The position numbers and the translations under genes are program-made. This document shows positions 26,501 to 37,462 of a stretch of 64,000 bases of DNA, piece after piece. The notes beneath the pieces were generated by a model that was given only the letters and a program-made list of their open reading frames with translations, was not told the DNA's origin and did no database searches. Numbering within the stretch: position 1 is the stretch's first letter; each line of letters starts with the position of its first letter. Origin of the DNA: Amphiscolops sp. MND2022 (lineage: Eukaryota); the NCBI GenBank assembly GCA_964187785.1, contig OZ076409.1, positions 66,466,001 to 66,530,000 of the forward strand, read 5' to 3'.

Positions 26501-27210
26501 AGGAACGTTTCTTCAAAGACTTTTCCAGCAACGTAAAATCTAAGTGAGACTTGCTTACGCACTGGGACTAAGTTCCCGTTTGCTATTTGAATTTTGAAAT
26601 TCGGAGGGGGAAGTTCTTGAAGGATGGCTTCTGGATGAGCCGTTGTTATTTTTCGCAATTCTGCTTCAGACATTGCGCTTTGAATTGCGCCTGTGTCTAA
26701 CAGTGCATGGTTTTCGTATTTATCAAACTGAAGAGGGACGTACAGCATTTTATCTTTCTTGTTTAAATGTAAAGTGGGACTAAGAACGTGAATTTCTGTT
26801 TTAGTTGCATGTTTGTTATCTTTTGAAATGTTAATACTACTATATTTTGCATGTTTTTTAATACTAAGCCGTTTGTCGATTGTTGAGTATGAAGTCGAGT
26901 CGTCGTCTAGATGGTTGGTGTCCATCTCTTTGGCATCGTCCACCTGCCTCATGGTGTTTTGTTGCCAGTTCATCGTTTGTTCATCGTTGATTTCAGCGAG
27001 TGGAGAAAAGCGGCTGCCGTTGCGTTGACGTGCATTTCCCATCGCTTTTTCATCGTTGGAAAGTCTTCGCTGATAGACGTCGTCAGCTATTGGTCGTTTG
27101 TCCAGTGAAGGCTGCCATTTCTTCATTGGACGGTTGTGTGTAGTCGGTTGAGTCGAAAGTCGTTTGTCGCGCGTTGTATTTCTAGCGGGCGGAAATCGTG
27201 GCTGAATCAA
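23506..27210 (-). CDS. pol: Gypsy Pol: protease, RT, RNase H, integrase zinc-finger region
   Basis: ALLDTGA; LRILVDLRRIN; LDCSQAYH; YVDDI; MCDASEHAAG; MTDNKAL; GHPG...C..(C). Confidence 0.95.
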   Translation of the reverse strand: MIQPRFPPARNTTRDKRLSTQPTTHNRPMKKWQPSLDKRPIADDVYQRRLSNDEKAMGNARQRNGSRFSPLAEINDEQTMNWQQNTMRQVDDAKEMDTNHLDDDSTSYSTIDKRLSIKKHAKYSSINISKDNKHATKTEIHVLSPTLHLNKKDKMLYVPLQFDKYENHALLDTGAIQSAMSEAELRKITTAHPEAILQELPPPNFKIQIANGNLVPVRKQVSLRFYVAGKVFEETFLILPTMGTILIGLSFFEKYSVNLDIKNHLVHFPNHMMSMQVRQQKNNRFKTGLIDLCSSTRTVIPPLHQVMIQVHSDADISLTTGTVEGSPGFMRKTCLLVSPALVDLDEGNTTIQVTNPNNHTFTLDANTTLAHFRIPTPHQAANITPMPVEHLNLITKYPDEAKAVINQLFVNPEMKSTKWYPTPETCSEPDKLNAIERRIYDEILALRELEKLDPSQSDEQRMNFLKNFNWDDSLLTPSQRLQVEELLVKYNSIFARHRFDIGMNTDFKVKLTPQHEEPVYSQSLPTPTNLKDDLLVELALMQEYGIITTLPHSKYSSPIFAQRKPNGKLRILVDLRRINHLIKNDYGEHNHPVTTIADAAQHMAGKKYFCKLDCSQAYHCIPMADEQSVQLLSFNFGSRTFAFLRLAQGLNRSLSAFTSVVRENLDPLVKADRCAQYVDDIGIAAHTPDELINNLELIFQQLNKAGLKLSMSKCEFGQKQIEYLGKTISSTGIAPIEKRVTDYLTKLKPPNSVKALQRYLGFVYFYRSYIPRLADKTCCLQELIKKDVPFKLNQQHKDAIFEINESLLKATKVFLELPLPDKQLVIMCDASEHAAGYVLLIEDYADPSVKQTYAPVAFGSKKFQGGQMSLTMYAKEFLAMHFAFDEFGHILWGAKKPIIVMTDNKALTRFFQAKHIPPSLWNFCDQTLQFNFLLAHVPGVENPAAGYLSRLEIRPEDRVHLKLTDTIPIHRIEIDIASRTPKQEEDEPDYFPTSEPLRCKRQKDVKQMKLATGTDVAHDDGKGMKFTNCERTAASDDFATDNHLTYRLTDVNEPIQLSQFIRKVSLSHPVMSQVSPAEGIDLIQVQKNNWVIQKMIRFLEGTEILQHPVNMQDQFFQKLHKNRKRLQVVNGVLYRQFFDHTGLESHKQLVVPEDCILKIIRTLNNSPVQGHPGLKKMVYELRKRYYSPNLACKVQKVLDGCENFMKSKSVKETQLRPPLQKSTTRATDQKTCWK

Positions 27211-28712
27211 AAACCCTGGTTAATGTCTTCATCAGAGTAGCTTAGTTGTTCGTCGTCTTCAGTAATTGCTTGCATTGGATTCATCGGCTTTTGCTGTCGT
27301 TTTAAATCTTGTCGTCTAGCCTTGTTGTCGTCCTGTGAATTCGTTGTGTATGGAATCTTTCCATATGCAGAGCTGCTTTCCTTGGGAATGCGTCGTCTGC
27401 AGTCTCTTGCAGAGTGGCCGGTGTATCCACAAATCAGACAAACCAGCTTGGGATTGTACTTCGGTTTGTCTGGGTCGGTTGCTTTCTTCATCGGAATTGC
27501 ATCTTCTTTCTTAATGCCGTTTGCTTCGTCACGTTGTCGGGCGCGACATTCCGTTTTGCGGTGACCTGTCTTTCCGCAGTAGAAGCATTGTCCCTCAAAT
27601 CGTTTTCGTTCTGTCGGTTGCGTTGTCGTCGTTGTTGCTGGTTTAATCGTTGTGTTGGTCGTTGGGACCGAGGAGGTGACCGCGTTAAATGGTTGAATTG
27701 CCGTAGGTGGCGCAACGTACTGCTGGTACTGGTACTTTCTCATCAAGTATGTCTTGATTTCTTCTGGTGAGCTCTCCTCCTTATTGGCCATCGTAAGTTC
27801 TTGTTGTATTTCGACTGGGAGTTTACCGAACAAGAACATTTTGATGATTTTATCCGCTTCTTCCCCAAATGCTTGTTTCGCAGTCTTTTTCAAGTTTTTG
27901 AGGAAGTCGCTGAATGTTTCTGTGGTGGGATCGTAACGGGCTTGATCCCATTTGTAGCGAGCTACTTCTGTAAGGTCCTCTTTCGCGAATTTTTTCCTGA
28001 AGAGGTCGAGTACATCTTTCAGCGTTGTTAGTGGCGTTATCTGGATGGATTGCCAGTACTCTATTGCATCATCTCTCAAAAGGCTTTGAAAGAAGTGGAG
28101 TTTGTTCTCTTCGGTGATTTTGTTGGCGAGCGGGCTAAGGTGGTTGAGGAGAAGGTGCTCGAATTCCACGAATTTGTCTTTTTGGCATCTGAAATTTGGG
28201 ACGTGTGTCTGTAGTAGTTTCGTGTTGGTGGTGGTGCTTTTGATTCGTTGGGGGATCGTCTCGATTGCATTGAGTAGTCGTTCCTCATTGCTTCTAGGAG
28301 TTGATTCACCTTCTTCGTCCGAGTCGTCTTCTTGGTATGTCCTGAAGTTTGTGAAGCTGGATGTCGGGCGGGTGGAGCGGGTTTCTGTAACTCCTGTCAC
28401 CATGTCGAGCCCCACTGTGTGGGCCGGCTTTGAAGAACTTTGCGATGACGAAGGTAAGTTATTTTCGTCACTTTTACTAATAACTGCCATTAATAAGTTC
28501 TTCAGTTGACTAAACTCGCTTTGTAACTCGTTTATCTTCTTCTCATAGTTTTCCCTTATTTCAGACAACTGGGACGAGATATCTGAAGCTTCGTTGTTGT
28601 CAGAAACATTGGCGGACGACTGAGCCATGTCTGGATCTATTGGAGAGGATGTTTCTGACGAGGAATTTATAACTCTACCGCTTCTAAGTTCGGTGCCTTG
28701 ATCTGGATTCAT
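27207..28712 (-). CDS. gag: Gypsy Gag with two CCHC zinc knuckles; ORF starts inside the 5' LTR
   Basis: CFYCGKTGHRKTEC and CLICGYTGHSARDC; ATG at 28712 lies within LTR 28403-30599. Confidence 0.93.
   Translation of the reverse strand: MNPDQGTELRSGRVINSSSETSSPIDPDMAQSSANVSDNNEASDISSQLSEIRENYEKKINELQSEFSQLKNLLMAVISKSDENNLPSSSQSSSKPAHTVGLDMVTGVTETRSTRPTSSFTNFRTYQEDDSDEEGESTPRSNEERLLNAIETIPQRIKSTTTNTKLLQTHVPNFRCQKDKFVEFEHLLLNHLSPLANKITEENKLHFFQSLLRDDAIEYWQSIQITPLTTLKDVLDLFRKKFAKEDLTEVARYKWDQARYDPTTETFSDFLKNLKKTAKQAFGEEADKIIKMFLFGKLPVEIQQELTMANKEESSPEEIKTYLMRKYQYQQYVAPPTAIQPFNAVTSSVPTTNTTIKPATTTTTQPTERKRFEGQCFYCGKTGHRKTECRARQRDEANGIKKEDAIPMKKATDPDKPKYNPKLVCLICGYTGHSARDCRRRIPKESSSAYGKIPYTTNSQDDNKARRQDLKRQQKPMNPMQAITEDDEQLSYSDEDINQGF
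27210..27216 (-). other. -1 ribosomal frameshift slippery heptamer G GGT TTT at the gag-pol junction
   Basis: CAG GGT TTT TGA ends gag; the -1 frame (GGG TTT TTG ATT CAG) is the pol frame; matches X XXY YYZ. Confidence 0.75.
28391..28402 (-). other. Primer-binding site (tRNA-Leu-like) of the Gypsy element
   Basis: TGGTGACAGGAG immediately follows the 5' LTR end; one mismatch to the tRNA-Leu complement TGGTGTCAGGAG. Confidence 0.6.
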
Positions 28713-30599
28713 GTAATCGAGAGAAAAGAATTATGAGTGAAGACTGAATTATCTGAGATGTTGTTTCGATGTATTTTACTGATTTAAGTGGTCATTCGAT
28801 CTCAAAATTCACTAATCTGAACTGAGATGTTTTAGGAAAATGAAGTCGTAACGAGCAAGTAAGCAGTTAGGTAAGAAGAAGGAAATTAGCAAGGTAGTTA
28901 GGAAAAGTTCATCCGATTTTCATCGCAGTCGTAGATGTACCACGAAATTACTCAAATTCAGTTCTGTACCTTCTGAAGATGAAATAGAGATGTGTTTTAA
29001 TGACTTTCACGTGTTAAAATATCCAACCGGTCGGTAGCTTGTCTCAATTTGGGTTCTCTTGTAATCGCTAATGGCGGTCCAAATTACAGCAGTTCACGTG
29101 TCTTTTCGGTTGGTAAGACGCTAAATCTCTTACCAACCTTCTCTCATTGGCCGTTACCAGCTGGTGTTAAAATGGTAGGTCACGTGACCAGTGTTGTGAA
29201 CTGCCGCAAGGTGGCTACGCATCATGGTACATCTACATATGTTAATGGTGTTTAGTCATCAATTTACAATGTCGCAATTGCCTGCACGTAGCATCATGGT
29301 TTCTACAACAACTAAAATGAGCTCAAATCATTCAATAACGCACTAATTTTAAGTCAATCTAAGGTAAAGCACAATCCGGGATGGGAAAACGATGTTTTCC
29401 GCTGACTCTAGCGCCAAAACCAATGATTTAAAAATTGAAGATGGAAAAGCGATGAACTTGTAAGAATATTTGCTGATTTTCAAGTCTAGTTTAGCTCTGG
29501 ATGAAAATGCGATGAATGGTGGTCTTTCTCGCTCGAAAATCAACACAATTCAAACTGACGATGATAAAAGGATGAACTCCACGTATAATTTGCCAATTTC
29601 CAGCACAGATTAAACTGACGATGAATTCGGGATGAATCCAGTCGATAAATGCCAATTCTAGTACAGGTGAATTTTGGCGATGGGTTTAAGATGAACTTGT
29701 CAGTTAAAACAGCAAATACCAAAGCAATATGAACTGGCGATGAGTTTAGGATGAACTCATCCACCAAAATGGTTAATTTTCAGCACGGACGAAATCAAGA
29801 TGAATTAGGGATGGGTTTACTAAACAAATCAGATAACCAGCACTTTCACTCTTTTTTAGGATGGATTAAGGATGTACTTTCTCATTTCACTTCTGTACTA
29901 GTGAACACGATGAGTAAAGGATGGGTTAGTGTTCTTTAGAAATGAGAAGCACATTTCAGGAGTTTCTAAGTGAGATAATCGCGATGAATTAAAGTTGAGT
30001 TTTGCTAAAATAAGTCCCATAAAATCCGCTGATGGATAATTGATGAAAATTAGTTTAAAGTCCTATGTAAAGTTCACTCGCAACTTTTGAGGATGGGGTT
30101 GCGATGAACTTTAGTTAAAAGCACCGTTGAATCCGCTGATGGATTCCAAGTGAAATTTCTAATCAGGTCAAAGTCATCACCAAATTCGACGATGAATTTG
30201 TGATGAATTTAGTGGAATTTGTCACAACTACATACTCTGAGGCGGGGAGTTAGTAGAAGTTATACTTTCCATTACTTTCAATATCTCTCGGTCCAGTCTG
30301 ACCGGAAAACTTCTCTCCCTTGTCATGACAAACCAATATTTCTGAAATATAGCACTTTTTCAAGGCCATTTTCTGGCAAGATCATTTATGCGGACATCGG
30401 AACTAGAGCGCTCAGTATTAAGTAAATATATATAACTCACACTCAAGGGGGGAAGGGATTAAAGTACAAGTAACGTAGGGTTGCTCACAACCATGGCCCT
30501 TATTATATGACATCATATTGCCCATATCTAAGTACATAGGACATAATATTTACATTACAGATATTTAGTAGATTATATTTCCATCATGCTGGCATGACA
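28403..30599 (-). repeat. 5' LTR of the Gypsy element
   Basis: Direct repeat of 11390-13557 with few substitutions and ~23 extra bp near 29930-29955. Confidence 0.95.
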
Positions 30600-30604
30600 G
30601 AACC

Positions 30605-32204
30605 ATTAGTCAACATCGAGTTACCTATCTGTGCTGTAGAGGAGCGAGTGTGTTTTTTTTCAATCAAATTTGCTGCTTGATTAGTATAAGTTGACCTTAG
30701 TAATTGTTCACGCCGGCGTACGCGGGTATACATCGGTGTGGATGGCGTGGAGGTCAAACAAGTCGGTGGTGCACACCTCTACCTTCTAGAAGTACGAGTG
30801 TATATGCCATTTTTGTTTATGGACGATGAGCTAGGCACCTAAGGCCAATGAATCGCGAAATGCATTTACTCTTGACAATACAAAGAATCTTGGAAACCCA
30901 AACCGATAACTTGAATCTGCTAACAAATGTTGCAAGTACTTGATTTTTAGTCAACGCTTTTCGTGGAACAACGCAGACTATAGTGGTGACTTTTCTTTTT
31001 TAGTCGGCGCTTTTCGTAGAAAAACGCAGACAACAGTAGTGACTTTTCTTTTTTTTAAGACCAACGAAGTGACAGATTTCATAAGCTTTAGGAGCTGGCT
31101 TCCACTAATTGCATAGAGACTACTGGCATTTGTTACTACTACTGCCACTTTTCAAAAGCTGTCTTTGCCGTGGCCAAGTCCAGTGGCGACTTTGTGTATG
31201 CCTTCATGACAAGATAGCACCGACCGGGAGCGGGTCGTGACAGATAGTAAGAACCTTCCAAAAGTTTGCTCGCAGAGGAATTTTAGAGTATTCGTTGTTC
31301 TAAATAGCAACAAAGCAAAGCCTGCAATGAGATTTATCGAAATTGACTGCCTCTGTTCCGTTGCCTAAAGTGCCAAAATAGTCAACAACCTTGCTCTTTT
31401 TTGAAGTTGGAATTATTATGCGGTGCAGAGTATTAACAGTCATGGATTTGAAAAATAGAAAAGATGAGGGAAAAAATGAATGAGCACGAAGTTCACATAA
31501 AGGTAAAGAAGAGAATGAAGTAACAAAATCCGTTCATAAGGTAAAATCAGTTCCGAACCATTAGTCAACATCGAGTTACCTATCTGTGCTGTAGAGGAGC
31601 GAGTGTGTTTTTTTCAATCAAATTTGCTGCTTGATTAGTATAAGTTGACGTTAGTAATTGTTCACGCCGGCGTACGCGGGTATACATCGGTGTGAATGGC
31701 GTGGAGGTCAAACAAGTCGGCGGTGCACACCTCTACCTTCTAGAAGTACGAGTGTATATGCCATTTTTGTTTATGGACGATGAGTTAGGCACCTAAGGCC
31801 AATGAATCGCGAAATGCATTCATTTTTGACAATACAAAGAATCTTGGAAACCCAAACCGATAACTCGAATCTGCTAACAAATATTGCAATTACTTGATTT
31901 TTAGTCAACGCTTTTCGTGTAAAAACGCAGACTATAGTGGTCACTTTTCCTTTTTAGTCGGCGCTTTTCGTAGAAAAACGCAGACAATAGTAGTGACTTT
32001 TCTTTTTTCTTTTTTTAAGACAAACGAAGTGACAGATTTTATAAGCTTTATAAGCTGGCTTCCACTAATTGCATAGAGACTACTGGCACTTGTTAGTCGG
32101 CGTTTTTCGTAGAGAAACGCAGACTATAGAAGTGACTTTTCTTTTTTAATCGGCGCTTTTTCGTAAAAAAACGCAGACTATAGTAGTGATTTTTTTAAGA
32201 CCCA
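30605..32204 (+). repeat. ~960-bp tandem repeat (rest of unit 3, unit 4 from 31148) running into the satellite
   Basis: Sequence resumes exactly where unit 3 was cut at 11389. Confidence 0.92.
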
Positions 32205-32209
32205 CGAAG

Positions 32210-35200
32210 TTTTAAAATATAAGAAGTCATAGCATGTTTCGAAGCTAGAAACAAAATTTTTGTTATGTATGAACAACTTCTCTAGTTAAAACAAGTCACG
32301 CTTTTTGTATTTCAGCGAGAGATAATCATTAACTTCTGATGTTTGTTTTGTAAATCACTTTTCTGTTAACTTCTCTGAATACAGTTGAATTGAAACTAAC
32401 AACTCTTCGTCTCACTCAGCCTCAAAAGTCAAGAGGTTATGCGGCCTTAACCAATCATCTGAAACAAAGGTTGCTGTCACTTTTCGATGAGAAGTCACTT
32501 TTCGATGAGAAGTCACTTGAACACTGCAGCGAATGATGGCAAGCAGAAGCGAGAAGTAAGAAGTCAAGCAGAAAGAAGCAATATTTTTTCCAGTGAACCA
32601 CTACGCCATGCAGTCAGAAGTCAACTTTCAGAGATGAGAAGCGAGTAAGCTTTTCAAAACTCAGACTCAAACTTTCTTGATGCTTTTGTAAATTTTCTTG
32701 CTGTTTTTCCTAGGCTGAGTAGAGTTGAGTTTGAAGTTGAGTGAGAGTACACATAGGTAAAAATTTGTTTTTGAGAAACTTTTTCGGAAGATTCAAAAAA
32801 AGACTCCAGTGAAATTTAACTAGGCTTGACAAAAAAATCTTAGTGACATTTTTTCTGACAGACGTTTCGATAGCATTTCTTTGTTTTGGTTGATTTCCAA
32901 AGTGCACGTCGCTATGCACTGCATAGCATCACGGGAAGTAAGAAATTTTCTGAGCTTAGTTTCTGCTTCAAAACGCCTGTCATTCGGGTTTTTTGTTTGT
33001 AAATTGTTTTTTGCGACCCAGACAATCGCCCTTATATGTAAAACAATCGAAGCAACATTCTCACAAGGTCAAGGAGCACAAGAACAGGTTCACAAGGCCT
33101 TAGCGTTTTGAGTGTCTTTGTTAATTTACACAACTGAGATATAAGATGACTAACTGTACAGTCTAAGTTGGAAACGTTGTTGTTTTCGGGAAAAGACGAG
33201 GATTTTGAATATTTTGCTGAACGTTTTGAAGCTCGGCTTCATTTATTGAAATTGAGAACTGTCCTTCTTGATCAGGAGAATTTGCCTGAGGAAACAGATG
33301 AGAATTTTGCTAGTGAGCAAAACAAGTTGAAAGAAAAACAGTTCGAAGTTTGGTGTGAACTGGTTCAATGTCTAGATAGAGAGTCATTGAGTTTAGTTAA
33401 AACAGCGAAACCTAACGGTACTCAGGCTTGGAAACTTCTGCAAGAATGTTTCAAAAGTCGTGAACGTCCTCGTATCCATCAACTTTTGAATAAATTAACG
33501 AACCTAAAAGTGTACTCACAAGAAAGTATGCGCGATTATTTGATGAGAGCTGAAGAACTCCAGCTTAATCTAACCGACGTTGGAGAAAATGTTAGCGATC
33601 AAATGCTATGTTCGGTAGTTCTAAAAAGTTTGCCGAACAGCTTTGCAAGTTTCGTAACTGTTTTCAAGTTTTCGCATGAAGCTGAAACCTATGCAGATCT
33701 AAAACGAGATCTTTTGAATTTCGATAGTGAGAGTTGCCGAGGTCAACCCAAACAGGGAACAAGTTCACATTTCACTAAAGACGTGAAATGTTTCAAGTGT
33801 GGTAAATTAGGCCACCGACAAAGTGAATGCAGAGCAAAAGTGTCTGTCATAGTGTGTTACGAATGTGGTGCAAAAGGCCACAAGGCAAAGGAGTGCCCCA
33901 AAACGAAAAATAAGTCGAAAACAGGAGCTCCGCGTGAGACGACTCAAAACAAACGTTTTTACACGAAGCGAAATGAGAGTAATCTAACTGCTGAAAAACA
34001 AGGTTTCTCGTTTCATACTTGTCAAATACATTCGACGTGTAAGAACATAGATCTTCTAAGGGACAGTGGCTGCACGAGTCACATGATAAAGGACGCTGAA
34101 TTGTTCAGAGACTTAGACATTTCGAAAATAGGTAATGTTGAATGTGCGAACGGCGCTGAATCTAGCATTGAAGGTCGAGGTTCCGTTAGTTTTTTGGCAA
34201 AAGACAATCAAGGCCAAGATCAAATCTTGGAACTTGAACAATCGTTGTACGTTCCCCAATACACAAAAAATTTAGTTTCGATAAAAAAAACTGAACGAAC
34301 AAAATGCGAGCGTTCATTTTGATGCGAACCCTCGTATAGTTCAGGATGAAAGATGTTTTCCGTTAAAGTGCGAAACTAACTTGTTTTATCTACAAGTTGA
34401 TTGTTTGCATGAGCAAAGCAATGCCGCAACTGCAAGTCTTCAACTATGGCATGAACGACTTGCTCACAATAACAAAATTGATGTTCGAAACTTGGCAAAG
34501 GCTGTAGTCGATATGAACATAGTTGATGAAAGAAACGAACCTTGCGATGTGTGTAACACCGAAAAGGCTAAGCGGTTACCGATAAGCCGAAAAGGTGCAA
34601 CTAGAGCTAAAAAACTTTTAGACATAGTCCACGTAGATATGTCGCCAGTAAACACAGGGTCGATAGATGAATTCAAGTACGCTCTAGGATTCGTTGATAG
34701 CTTCAGCAGACTCGGTGCTGTTTATCTATTAAGAACAAAAACCGAAGTCGGAACGAAGCTTTTGAAGTTTATAGCTGAGCTTGGCAAACCTCGCAAGATT
34801 GTCACTGATAATGCTAAAGAGTTCAAGTTTGGAAATTTCGCTGACATTTGCTTACAGCAAAGATTCATCAGGAGTTTACTTGCGAATACACTCCAGAACA
34901 AAACGGTAAAATAGAACTAGTTTGGGGAACCATCGGCGCGATGGCGAGGTGTCTGTTGAAAACAGCAGGCTTACCTGAAACGTTTTGGTCGTTTGCATAC
35001 CGAGCAGTTTTCCACATAAAAAACCGGTGCCTTCACTCTGCTCATGGCATGACACCGTTCGAGAAGTCTTTTGACAAGACACCTGATTTGTCCCATTTTC
35101 GAGTTTTTGGATGTCAAGCATTCATGTACTTAGAGAAACCAAAGCGAAAAAAACTTGAAAGTAGAGCTTTGGAAAGTTTTTTACTCGGCCATAGCAACAA

Positions 35201-37457
35201 TTCTAAGTCATATCTGATCGGATTTTTCGAGGGTGCAGAGCTTATCACGAAAAATAGCCGAAATGTAAAATTCAACGAGACTAGTTTTCCAGGAAAAACA
35301 TTTTTCGCAAACAATGAAAGTGGCAGTGAATTTTTCTTCAAACTCAACGAAAGGGGGGTGAAGTAGAGTTGCAGAACACGGAATCAGTCGCCGATACAGA
35401 CAACTTGATAAAAGATGTGAGTGAGTTGCCAAACGGTGACTTAGGCGGTGATCAAGAAACTTTGTTTAACGAAATTTCCGACGAGAGTCTAACACAAAAT
35501 CAACCGCATAGTTCGACTGTGCATACTACGATTAGATACGGACGAAAAGTCAAACCGCCCAACAGATACGCCCCAGGAACGAGAAGCAACTTGTCTTACA
35601 ATTTAGGTTCGTCTGAGTTCGATGAAATTGAAACGCTTGCATACCATAGCGATTATGTTGATCAAGAGTTACCGAAAAGCATTGAAGAAGCACTTTTTTC
35701 TCCAGAGTGGTATCGTGCGATGAAAGCGGAATACGACTCTTTACAGAAAAATGAAGTTTGGGACATTGTTGAAATGCCAGAAGGAAAAAACCTCGTTACA
35801 GGTAAATGGCATTTTGCACTTAAGCGAAACAGTAAAGGAGAAATTATTAGGCACAAAGCAAGATACGTGGCTAGAGGATTTAAACAAAAACGAGGTGTTG
35901 ATTACGATCAAACATATAGTCCGACTGTCAAAATGGTAACACTTCGAGTTTTACTGAGTTCGGCAGTTCAAAACGAAATGAAGTTGAAACAGTTAGACAT
36001 AAAAACCGCTTACTTGAACGCAGGTATAGAAGAAGAAATTTTTGTTGATCAACCACCAGGATTTGTTAAGAAAAATGCCAACGGCAGAAGCTATGTTTGT
36101 AGATTGAAAAAATCGCTTTATGGATTGAAGCAGTCCGATCGCAACTGATTCATTACACTTAGAGATTTTTTGCTCAGCATTCAGTTCAAGCCTTGTTTGT
36201 TTTCGAGGGAACGAAACGGTCATTAGGATTTTGTAGCAAGTTAGGTAAACCATTTAGTCTACTGTAGCCACGATATTAATTTTTACGAAAAATTTGAGAA
36301 AGCACTGAGCACAAAGTTCTTGATCAGTGAAGTTGATGACTCGAACTGGTTCTTGGGAATGCAAATCAGACATGAAAAAGGTAGACTAGAAATTTCCCAA
36401 GAAAACTACATCGAAAAACTACTTGAAAACTTTGGAATGAAAGATGCCAAAGGACTTATTACGCCTGTTGCTGAAATGCAACAAATCAGTAGGTCGGACT
36501 GTCCTGACGAAGGCAGCCAAGAACAAAAGGAGATGAAAAATTGTAAATTTCGTGGAATGATTGGTTGTCTGAATTACTTAACGAACACAACAAGACCTGA
36601 AATAACTTTCGCCGTCAGAGCTTTAAGTCGATACGTTCAAAATCCAGGCCGTAAACATTGGTTACAAGGAAAACACATTTTGAGGTATTTAAAGGCAACA
36701 AAGTGTAGGAAGCTGACGTATAGAAAATCCAAAACACTCGCGCTCACAGGTTTCAGTGATGCCGACTGGGCAGGAAAGTTAGATGATAGGAGGTCCACCA
36801 GTGGTTTTTGCTTCTTTTTGAACTCAGAATCAGGAGCTATTAGTTGGAGTTCTAAGTTACAGACAACGGTGGCGACCTCAACAGCTGAGGCAGAAACAAT
36901 GTCGTTATTCGCAGCATCTCAAGAACTTGAGTTTCTGCGGAGCCTAGCGAACGAGATCGGAATTGACACTGAAAAGCCTACTAAGGTACATGTAGACAAT
37001 CAGGCTTGTATCGCCATAACTAAAAATACAGTGAATTCTCAGAAAGTGAAGCATTTTGCAATTAACTTGAGCTTCATACAAGAAAAAATAGAAATGCGAC
37101 ATTTGGTTTTGTCCAACCAGTGAAATGATTGCCGACTTGCTAACTAAACCGTTGGCAAAAGTTGAGGTTGAAATGTTCAGCAAAAGACTCTCCGGAGAAT
37201 GTAACTTGTAATCGAGCTCCGAAAAGGGGGAGTTTTAAAATATAAGAAGTCATAGCATGTTTCGAAGCTAGAAACAAGATTTTTGTTATGTATGAACAAC
37301 TTCTCCAGTTAAAATAAGTCACGCTTTTTGTATTTCAGCGAGAGATAATCATTAACTTCTGATGTTTGTTTTGTAACTCACCTTTCTGTCAACTTCTCTG
37401 AATACAGTTGAAATGAAACTAACAACTCTTCGTCTCACTCAGCCTCAAAAGTCAAGA
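32210..37457 (+). mobile_element. Ty1/Copia LTR retrotransposon, full length but decayed
   Basis: 225-bp LTRs 32210-32434 and 37233-37457; TSD CGAAG; PBS GGTTATGCGGCC; PPT GAAAAGGGGGAG; gag-PR-INT-RT-RH order. Confidence 0.96.
33168..37215 (+). pseudogene. Copia gag-pol polyprotein with multiple frameshifts and stops
   Basis: Two CCHC knuckles, DSGCTSHM protease, WHERLAH, TDNAKEF, TPEQNG, KARYVARGF, LDIKTAYL, LKKSLYGLKQ, FSDADWAG, STAEAE and VDNQAC spread over six ORF pieces. Confidence 0.93.
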
Positions 37458-37462
37458 CGAAG

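Larger units (their letters stand above)
11390..30599 (-). mobile_element. Full-length giant Ty3/Gypsy LTR retrotransposon (19.2 kb)
   Basis: Two ~2.2-kb TG...CA LTRs, 5-bp TSD GAACC (11385-11389 and 30600-30604), PBS, PPT, and gag then PR-RT-RH-INT order. Confidence 0.97.
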
